Assembly: GCA_010093605.1 (NCBI GenBank)
Contig: MU004186.1
Span: 141,765-205,764, forward strand
DNA from: Lophium mytilinum
Taxonomy: Eukaryota
Direction: 5' to 3'
DNA length: 64,000 nucleotides
Part shown: in pieces, positions 26,101 to 35,776 of the stretch
Position numbering within the stretch: position 1 is the stretch's first letter
Layout of the letters: every line of letters starts with the position of its first letter
Translations under genes and position numbers: made by a program
The notes under the pieces: generated by a model
Databases searched by the model: none
Seen by the model: the letters and a program-made list of their open reading frames with translations, nothing else
Told to the model about the DNA's origin: nothing

Positions 26101-28445
26101 TGTTGAGTTCAATGCCGCAGAAATTGAACATGCTTTTGACAGATCTTCCCCCTAATACTGGGCCGCTCCTTACAGTGCTTTTCGGAGCGCAAAGGGCAGA
26201 TTACGATGTTAACTTCAATGCGGCGGAAATCGAACTTCCTTTTGGCAGGTCTCTCATCAAATACTAAGGCCGCTCCGTACAGTGCTTTCAAAGGTGCAAG
26301 AGGATGAATTACGATGTCAAGGTCAACACGTGGATATCAGACTTCCTTCTGGCAGGCCCTTCACTCAATAGCCAGGCCCCTCCGTACGGTGCTTTCAAAG
26401 GTGCAAAAGGATAGATTACGATGTCAGGGTCAACACGTGGATATCAGACTTCCTTTTGGCAGGCCCTTCACTCAATAGTTAGGCCGATCCGTACGATGCT
26501 TTTAAGGGCGCAAAAGGGTAGCTCACGGTGTCAACGTCTATACCGTAGAGGTTAACCTTGCGTTTGACCAGACCTCCACCTAATAGCTAGGCTACTCCGG
26601 ACGTTGCTCCTAATAGTGCAAAAGGGTAGAATAGTATATAAGGGGCAACAAAGAAGGAATCGGAGTACATTCTGGTCGACAAGCTACCTAATAGCTGGGC
26701 TACTCCTGGCAGTGCTTTCAAGTGTGCAAAGGCGGATGTTACGATGTCAAGGTCGACACAATAGAGATTACACTCCCTCTTACCCGTCCAAATAAATACT
26801 GGCTGGGCTACTCCAAACGGTACTATCACACGTATAAAAGCGGGAATTACGATGTTAAGGTCAACACAGTAGAGATGAGACTACCCTTTACTCGTCCGAA
26901 ATTACACTAGCTAGGCTACTCCTGGCAGTGCTATTAAATATGCAAAAGCGGACATTACGATGTCAAGATCGATAGAATAGAGATTAAACTCCCTTTTGCC
27001 CGTCTAAATTCATACTAGCTAGGCTCCTCCAAACGGTGCTATCACACGTGCAAAGCGGGAATCACGATGTCAAGGTCAACACCATGAATATTGAACTCCC
27101 TTTTGCCCGTCTGAACACATACTAGCTGGACTCGTCCAAACGGTGCTATCATACGTGCAAAAGCGGAATCGCGATGTCAAAGTCAACACCATAAAGATTG
27201 AACTACGCATTACGCCGCCGAATACATAGTAGGCAGGGTCCTCCTCACACCGCTATTAAGCATTCAAGAGAAAGAAAACAACGTGAAAGCCGATGCAGGA
27301 CATATTAGATATCGTCTTGACTGAAACACTTCCGGCTGATGGAGCTCCTCCCTACGGTGTGATTCTGCGTGCAAAATGAAGGAAACTATGTAGTAGGCAC
27401 CGCCATGGGAAGCAGGAATACTTTTAACTAGCCAGCTATGTGCTAGCTGCACTACCCCTAACGGCGCTTTCACTCCTCCAAAAGATTGAAAAGAATAAAA
27501 AGCTTAACGCACTACATATTAGACATCCTCTTAACCGACCAGCGACGTGCTAACTAGGGCTCTCCGTACAGCGCTATTTAGCATACAAAAGGAAGAAAAC
27601 GATGTAAAACTAAACATAATAGATATTAGACATCTTTTTAACTGGCTAGCTACGTGCTAGCTAGGCCTCTTCCAACAGCGCCCTTAAGCATGCAAAAGGA
27701 ATAGAATGATGTAAAGCTCAAAGCACCAAGTATCGGGAATATCTTTGACTGACTAGCTACGTGCTGGCTGGGCCCCTCCTAACAGCACTATCAAGCATGC
27801 AAAGGATAGAAGTCAATGTATAGTTCTATGCAATAGGACTTAGACATCCTTTTGAACCGCCAGCTACGTGTTAATTGGAGTACTCCTAACAGTGCTTTTA
27901 AGCGTGCAAAAGGAAAGAAATCATGTTAAACTCAACGCAATAGCTATCAGACTTCTTTTTGACTGATCAGCTACGCACTGACCAGGCCCCTCCCAGCAGC
28001 GGTATCAAGCAAGCAGAATGATGAAAACGATGTAAGATTCCTTGGAATAGGATTCCAACATCCTTTTGACCGACTAGCTGGGCGCTACTTAGACTACTCC
28101 TGACAGTGCTCTCCAGTAAGCAAAGGGAAAGAAATGATGTCGATCTCGACAAGACAGAGATCAGACAGCGTTTTGACCGATCATTCACCTACGGACGAGG
28201 CCACTCCCTACGGTGGTAACAAGCAAGCAGAATGATGAAAACGATGTAAGAATCCTTGGAACAGGATTCCAACATGCTTTTGAACGACCAGCTGGGCGGT
28301 ACTTGGACTACTCCTGACAGTGCTCTCAAGCATGCAAAAGGAAAGAAATGATGTAAATCTCGACATGATAGAGATCAGACAGCGTTTTGACCGATCATTC
28401 ACCTACCGACGAGGCCACTCCCTATGGTGGCAACGCGCATGCAAT
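20163..28445. repeat. Diverged tandem array of ~57 copies of a ~97-bp core; periods ~321, ~230, ~150 and ~107 bp
   Basis: Approximate core consensus CGATGTAAAGGTnnnnnnnTnnATATCAGACTnCCTTTTGACnnnCnAGCTACnTGCTAGCTGGGCTACTCCTTACAGTGGTATCAAGCGTGCAAA. The CTCC-nnAC anchor is seen at 20237 and 20558, at 21327-22257 (5 copies), 22408-25418 (21) and 25526-28422 (28). A truncated unit lies at ~20893-20960. Confidence 0.95.
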
Positions 28446-28517
28446 AGTGCAACTTGAGGAGTGGTATATCGGTGTTCCCAAGATTCGGCCCACAGCATTC
28501 GGAGCATTGGCTCTTAC

Positions 28518-28840
28518 GTTGAAGCTGTGTACACTACTCTGCAACCGTCTGGGGTGATTCGAACAGGTTTCAAGCATGTCAAAGGCATGTGTTTCTTCGT
28601 GTTTTCGATTGCTGAAAAGGCTTGGAGGGACTTCAGACGGTGGCGAAATAGGGTAACATCACTACTGATACAAGCGAAATTCTAAGAACTTCGAACAGCG
28701 GATATACGTTAGGCTCTGTGTACAGCATTCTGCAGCCGTCTGAAGTGGCTTGAGCAGGTTTCACAGATGTCAGAGGGATGGACTTGCACGGGATTTGGAT
28801 GACTGAAAGGACTTCAGGCGGTGGTAGAACGGTGTATCGC
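28518..28840. repeat. Diverged two-copy direct repeat, period ~190 bp
   Basis: CTGTGTACA...TCTGCA.CCGTCTG...CAGGTTTCA...ATGTCA...GGACTTCAG.CGGTGG occurs at ~28525-28645 and ~28716-28825. Confidence 0.7.
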
Positions 28841-29047
28841 CCTGAGTCACTCACGCAAAGTCTAGTAGATTTCAGGAACTTTTTTCTCATTCAGGATGAC
28901 TATCAACGAACCAAGGAAATTTTAGGCCTTCTCGTCCCCATAATAAGCTCACAAAGAGCAGCCAATCTGGATAATAATGGCAACTAATAGGCCGAAAGAC
29001 AAGAACTGGGGACAGAGAGGAGAGATATATACCGCCCAAAACCACGC

Positions 29048-32000
29048 CTAGCAGTTCCTTGGTCCTACTACTTCACGTTTCTGGACCCAGACCTTTACCT
29101 GGTGACGCTCCGTCACCTGGTACGTGTCGTTGAGCAGCTCGCCTACCAAATTCAGACTATCAACCTTCTCTTTCAACTGCTCCTTGAACGCCACGTAGGC
29201 TTCGACGGCGTCAATCCTCGCACCCTTTGGCTTCTTGTACTCAATGATGGCGCTCATGGCGGAATTGTTCGCAGATTGGACGGTTGTGTGCAGCTTTCCC
29301 TGCATGTACTCCGTTAATCCTTCCTTATCAACTCCTTCGAGGTCGTCTACGTCCATCCACAGCTCCTCATCGCCTTCAAGTACTCGCTTTTGTACGTCGT
29401 GGCGGCAGATGACGTCGTACAAGAACTTCGGCATCCAGCCGATCTTGGAGGCAGGGCGACGGCCCTCTGCGCGAGTGCGCAGACGGCGGCTTACGACGAC
29501 TCGGAATCTGCCGGCCTCACAGGCGCAGAAGTTCTGCGCCATGCCCTTGGCGTCTTTGGCGAAGCGGGACTCCGTGCAGTGTTGTCCGAAGTTTAGGCCA
29601 TCGCGCTCCACGAAACACTCCTCAAACGCCGCCTTGTTCGCGTCTTCGAGGTTGTAGTACTTCTTTCCGACGGTGACCCACTCTAGGTCCTGCTCGACGT
29701 CGCTATGTGCCATAGTCTTACGCTTCAGCTCATACTCGAAGTGTTCTTTGTCTGAGTCTCGGAGCGGGGACGGGTCGCGGTGGTTCCAGACATCCTGCGA
29801 TTTCTTCACAACTACTGGCTCTTCTTCGACATCCGACTCCTCGTCCTGCGAGTCGTCTTCGGAACTGTCTTCAGAATCGTCTTCGGTCTCTGAGTTGTGA
29901 AGGATCGCGTTCTGCGGGTCGGAATCGACTGTCTTGTTGCCTTGGAGGACTACAAGTTTGGCAGGGCCATTGGAATTCGGGGCGTTTGGCGAAGAGGACG
30001 GCGGAGTGATGGGCGGAGCGGACTGATCATCGCTTGGCTTGGTTGCGAGCTTTTGCGCTGTTGAATTGGTCAGTCCGCGTTTCTCTTAGATAGCATCAAG
30101 AACGATGGGACGACTGTACCTTTCTTCTTCTCGTTGTACCTCTTGGCGGATTCCTGCTTTCTTCTCTTCGCCAAAGCATCCCTCTCGAGTCTCTCTGCTT
30201 CTGTCTCGGGCGAAGCTTTACGCTTTCTTCCCTGCTTCTGTAAGATAAGTGTTAGCTTGCGTCTATCATTGGCAAGACGGATGATGCTTACCTTGGGCGG
30301 GGATGCCTGAGTGTCCTGAGGCTGCGTCGCACTCTTTGGAACGGACGCAGACGTCTCAGCCTTCGAGGCAGATTCAACTGGAGCAGCGGCAGCAGAAGCT
30401 TGGGAAGTGGACGTAGTGATAACCACCGGGGCCTGAGTAACATCCTTTGCCATTGGCTCTTTCGAGGCAGATGCAACTACAGTAGCGGCAGCGGAGCCTT
30501 GGGAGGTGGACGTGGTGATAGTCATCGGGACCGGCGTAACATCCTTCGCCATTGGCTCTTTCGAGGCAGATGCGATTGGAGTAGCGGCAGCAGGAGCTCG
30601 GGCAGTGGACGTAGTGATAGCAATGGGGATTGGAGTGGCCTTCTTTGCCACTAGTGTACTCTTCTGCTCTCTGGAAGCAGATGCAATTGGAGTAGCGGCA
30701 GCAGGAGCTCGGGCAGTGGATGTAGTGATAGCCATCGGGGCTGGAGTAGTCTTCTTTCCCACTAGCGCATCTTTTTCATCTTTCGAAACAGATGCAACTC
30801 GAGTAGCGGAAGCAGGACCTCGTGCAGTGGACATAGTGGTAGCCAACGAGACCGGAGTAGCCTTCTTTCCTACTAATGCACCTTTCTGCTCTTTCGAAAC
30901 GGATGCAGTTGGACCAGCGGAAGCAGAACCTCGGGCAGTGGACGTAGTGGTAGCCATCGAGACTGGAGTAGTCTTCTTTTCCACTAGTGCACCATTTTGC
31001 TCTTTCGAAACAGACGCAATTGGGGTAGCGGAAGCCGAACCTCGGGCAACGGAAGTAGGGATAGCCATCGGAGCCGGAGTCGTCGTCGTGAAAGCATTCG
31101 CTTTGGCTGGTCGGGGAGAGGGGCGGAGTGGATTGGTGTGCCAGCCTTTCTTTGAGTTACGCTGGGAAGCCGGCTTCGGAATCCTGTTGAGCAGGGGATC
31201 AGGCCTATCAGGACCACGGTCTTGTCCAAATGGCCGAATACCGATAGCAGATTCGCTCTCCGTTGGCACTGATGGGCCGAGTTCACTCGAAGCCGTGGCT
31301 TCCTTGCGTTGCGCTTCGACTTCTTCAGTCGCTTGATGGTGCTCCGCAGGGCGTTTCTCATTATCAGCTTTCAAGCCACCGGCAGGCGCCGAGGCAAGAT
31401 AGCCCCATGCGGGCTTCCCAGTGTTCCTCGGTCCAGTTGCGTGAGGCTGCTCCGTATGGCGCTTCTCATCATCAGCTTTCAAGTCACCGGCAGGCGCCGA
31501 GGCAAGATAACCCCATGCGGGCTTCCCAGTGTTCCTCGGTCCAGTTGGCGGATTCCACGGAGGCGCGTTGCGCAACTGAGCAGGAGATACAGAGGAGCGT
31601 TGAGACGGCGGTCGGTACTCATTCTGATACTTGGACGAGCTATCGGTGCTGGCGTTCGGTTCTGGTTCGCGAAATCCTTTCAATCCGCTTCCACCGGCGT
31701 CTTTGCGGACAGAAATGTCTGGGACCTTGAAACCTTGACTAGTAGACACCTGCACAGGTGGCACTGGAATGCGGGAGGGAGCTTGTTTGGTCGGGGCTTC
31801 ATCTTCGCCGCCGATCATCGCCATGATGTCGCTAAGGACTGAGGTCACCGGGGCTGTGGGCTGCGGGGACTTCTTCTGGACCTGAGCCTCGGAAGTCTCT
31901 ACGTGTGTCTTGGGTGGCTGAACTGTCTTAGGCTTGCTCGTAACCTTGGGCTTTCCTGCTTGGGCTTCTCCAACCTTCGCACCTGGTGGCGGAAGGGTCT

Positions 32001-34312
32001 CGCGGGCGTCTCGCTTGACTTTCAAAAGCTTGACATTCAGTCCAGCACCTTTCGGTGTGCTCGAGCTGCCAGGCGGTCGTGAAGGCTTCAAGGGTGCAGC
32101 AACCTGTCGCTGCGACTCGTTGTTAGATCCAGACTCTTTCAAGGCGCGGGCTTTCTCTCGGAGCGCCTTGCTAGTAGCAGAACCACCTGAGTTGACGAGA
32201 GGGGAAGCATGTACCTTGTTCTTTGCAGAACCGTTTTCGCTATCAACGTCCATGTGTTCTGGGTCGTGGTGCGGTGGAGAAGGGCCATCGGTACGAACCC
32301 GCTTGGTCTCAGGACCGGTGTTCGCAGGGCGAGGGCGGATGTCTGAACTTCCTTGGGAGCTGGATGGGCTGTCGGGACGAGCGCGCTTTGCTGGAACTTT
32401 GCCACGGCTATCCATAGCGAAACGAGTTGTTGGTGGATCGAGAGAGAGAGGATGGTTGAATTGGGACGGGAAAGGATGTCGATACGCTGTCGAGTTTTGG
32501 TCTAACGCGCGCGACGATGGATGAAGAGATTGCTGTCGAAAAGCAGAGGATTGTGAAGATGGAGAGAGGAGTGTATGACGAGAGTCTCGAGGTGAGAACT
32601 GGAGTTCTTCTTCTCGTTCTTCGCTTCCCGTTCGCCTGTTCCCATTCAAATTGGTCCGTGCGCCGACCATCCTATTGTTCCCATTGTTCTGAATAAGAAC
32701 TTCACCGGAGCGCACACGCCCAGGCGCGTCCGGATTTTGACGAATCATTTCGTAGCTGTCGTCATCAGAGATGCCGGCCTCGTTCTCAGAGATGCCGGCC
32801 TCGCTATCAGAGATGTCGATAATCTCGTTGGGACTGACATTCACATTCTCTAGGCGACGAGACTCTTCCTCCCCACGAGCATATTTAAGATCCCGGGTTT
32901 GGTGGGAAGAGTCCATATAATAGACAGGACGATTTATGCTGCCTTGGCTCATATTTCGTGTTGAGGTACGCAGAGCAGTGCCAAGCGTGGAACTGCGTCG
33001 CGACTCAGATGGGGGATATCGGTTCGCTATGAAGGGTACTTGGTAACCGACGTTGACGTTGTGACGAGATGAAGAATGACTATTAGGTCGGCCTTGTATT
33101 ACGAGAGACACATTCGGGTCATCCGCAAATAGTGGCCCCCGACGATCTTTCTGAGATTCTCGAGGTGCTCTAAGACGGCTGGCGGGCTGGTCTTGTTGTG
33201 CGTAAGGTATACCCGGGTCTTCCCCGTAAAGAGATCCCCGACTCCCACCATGTAGTTCCCGAGGTACTCTAGCACGGATGGCAGGCACGTCTTGTTGTAC
33301 GTCAGACATACCAGGGATTTCGGCATAGAGCAATCCTTGATCATAGGCTCGAGATTCTCGAGTTGCTCTAAGACGGCTGGCAGATGTGTCTTGTCGCACG
33401 TGAGGTATACCAGGACGCTCCCCACGAATAGATCCTCGGCGATCATTCTGAGGTTCCGTGGGTACTCCAGCACGGATGATAGGTGGGGCTTGTTGTACGT
33501 GAGACATATCGATGCCCTCCAGATAGAAAGATTCCCTGCGAGACTGCCGACGTGTTCCAGAACGGCTAGGATCAAGGTGAGATCTGGGCTGAGTTGGTGA
33601 GAAGGATTGAGGACCACGCGTCTGGGAAGTTTGAAGCTGAGAGTTGCCCTCTTCGTAAGCCTCTTCGCTTGCATATCGGTCGTCCATCTCGTCTTCGTCG
33701 AAACCACGAGCCCGGGGTTGCTCTTCGATCATATTTGGACCTTGCCGCCGAGCTTGACGGTCAGTCTGAGCCCCACGAGGATGTGTGTCGTTGTAATAGC
33801 GGCTTGTGGAACGAGGTTCCTCATTATAGTCGCGAACTTGGTAGTTGCTGTATTGCTCATGACGCTGGCGGCCACCACCCTGCTTGTAGTGCAGATCGGT
33901 GCTGTCCTCGGTGTATTGATCACCGCCAGGGAAGTCATCGTCTTCGAAGTCATCGCCCTGGTAGCCATCGCCGTAGTAGCCGTCGCCGTAGTAGCCATCG
34001 CCTTGGGCAGCATTTTCTTGTGGCTCGTTGTACTGAGCATCTCCATAGTCGCTGTATTGACTATCCTCTTGGGGATTATCGCCTGGGTCCTCATCATCCT
34101 GGCCGTTCGGGCCGTAACCATCATCGTACGTATAAGTTGGGCCGCGATTCTAATTGTATCAGTATATTCCATTAGATAAAGCGCATTTGACTTACAGCGT
34201 GCTGACTGCTACGATGAGCCATCCCTAGACGAGGCGCTTGCTGGTCGTCACGATGATTCCGACGGGGACGGGGCATCGCATTCTGCGACCTCGCTTTGGA
34301 TGGTCCCGGCAT
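29048..34312 (-). CDS. Hypothetical ~1700-aa low-complexity, repeat-rich protein with a globular C-terminal region; complement(join(29048..30057,30120..30237,30292..34149,34196..34312))
   Basis: Three short GT-AG introns with branch sites join the ORFs in frame (5103 nt). Internal repeats of 66, 40 and 37/33 aa; NLS-like GRKRK and KRRK. Confidence 0.8.
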
Positions 34313-35776
34313 CGATGGACAATTGCCAGCCGGTACCCGCAAGCCGAGCTACAAGGAGCTCGCGCCCAGTGAGATGATCTAAGGGTAATGCCAGATACAA
34401 TTGAGACTTCAAGATGAGGGTGCTTGCTGTTGTCGACAGTTTGAGCGTGTTGTTGGAGGGAAGGATGGTTGGAGGAGGAACAAACACAGCGCAGAATGAG
34501 CTGGCTGAGTGTTTCGGTGATTCCTAGCTTCCGGCGTCCGGCATTCCTTTGACGGAATCAGTCTGCCACCTGAGGTAGGGTGGGATAGGATCACGCGCTA
34601 GATAGCGGTGTACGATTGTGTAATGCGGCCGGCAGTAGCCATGTCCAAATGCGGTGACTGCAACGCTGAGGAATTTCAGAGGTTTCTTCATAATGATGAG
34701 AATCGTAGTGAGTGATGATGAGGAAGATCTGAGAGCGCTCGATGTTACGAAGTTTGGAAATAGCTGAGCAAATAAGATTGAAACGAAAGGAAAATAAATA
34801 GTATATGTATATCTTGTGAACCTATCTATATACTTTAGATACTACCTTGAAGTATTGCACGTGCCCGGTCATGTGTCAAACTTTTAGACGGTGCATAGGC
34901 ATGAAATTGGAACACTTGAAGCCTATGGCCTAGGATTACCTACATAGATAACTACACGATGCCACCGCCATGATGTTGGTAGCGTTTCAACAAGGCCCGC
35001 ATGCCTATTTCCACAGAGTACAAATTCTAGTATGTGTATTAATGCATCCCATCTTGCAGATGACCAATTCTGTACATCCGATAAGTATAGCATCAACAGA
35101 CGCCAATACGTCCTCGGAGGCAACACGAAGCGCTACGCGGTGATTAGCATTATCAGCGGACCTTAAAGACCAGCAAGAGGTAGAAACTGTATCAGTCAAT
35201 AAGCTTTGCGATGATTGATGATGTAGAGTGGTGATGACGATGATGAGTTGTCGTTGATGTAGTTCGCTTAGCTAATCGGAAGCCAGAGGCGCTATACCTC
35301 TTTCAAAACCCGGTCTCATCTTTCCAGGGGCTCCTTCCCAAAATACCATCTATTTCTCACAGTTTTTGATCATATTGAAGCTTGGTTCTCACTGTGGGCG
35401 AGGTTTTGGGTCGTCGTCTATCACGAGAGACGTTTGACTGAGAGAGCTTACGACGTAATCTAATGCAGAGATAGTGATCGGTATTCTAAGTAGGTCCGCA
35501 TGCTAGCGTGTTTGATTCGCGTTCAGGGATGCGCGAACCACAGCTGAACCTGGTTCGCCTTGCCTGCATGAGCTCAGGAGGTCTTCCCATCCTCCGATTG
35601 CATTTCTACTTATGTCCCGTCAATGCGGTTCTTGTCCTTTGTTCTACCTTGAAAGTAATCGAATGAACTTTGATAGTCTATTTCAGACGCGCTCGCAAAG
35701 ATACTTTACGTCATCCACCAGGAAGAGCTGAGGATAGCTCGGGCTGCGAACGGCCGAAAAGTGCCCGGCCAATATC

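Noticed and set aside
20163..28445. CRISPR-like array
   Set aside because: The repeats are highly diverged, the linkers are homologous between neighbours rather than unique spacers, there are no cas genes, and the context is eukaryotic.
25418..28445. 5S rRNA or tRNA gene cluster, or hammerhead-ribozyme satellite
   Set aside because: No resemblance to fungal 5S, no cloverleaf or B box, and no conserved CTGATGA...GAAA core on either strand.
21485..28445. Micro-exon gene with each unit as an intron (GTAAAG...GCTAAC...TTACAG)
   Set aside because: Many units have CGG instead of CAG at the would-be acceptor, and the implied 32-nt exons break frame and contain stops. An intron-like ancestry is not excluded.
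33594..34179. Hydrophobic plus-strand ORFs resembling membrane proteins
   Set aside because: They are antisense shadows of the acidic exon 2 of the minus-strand gene.
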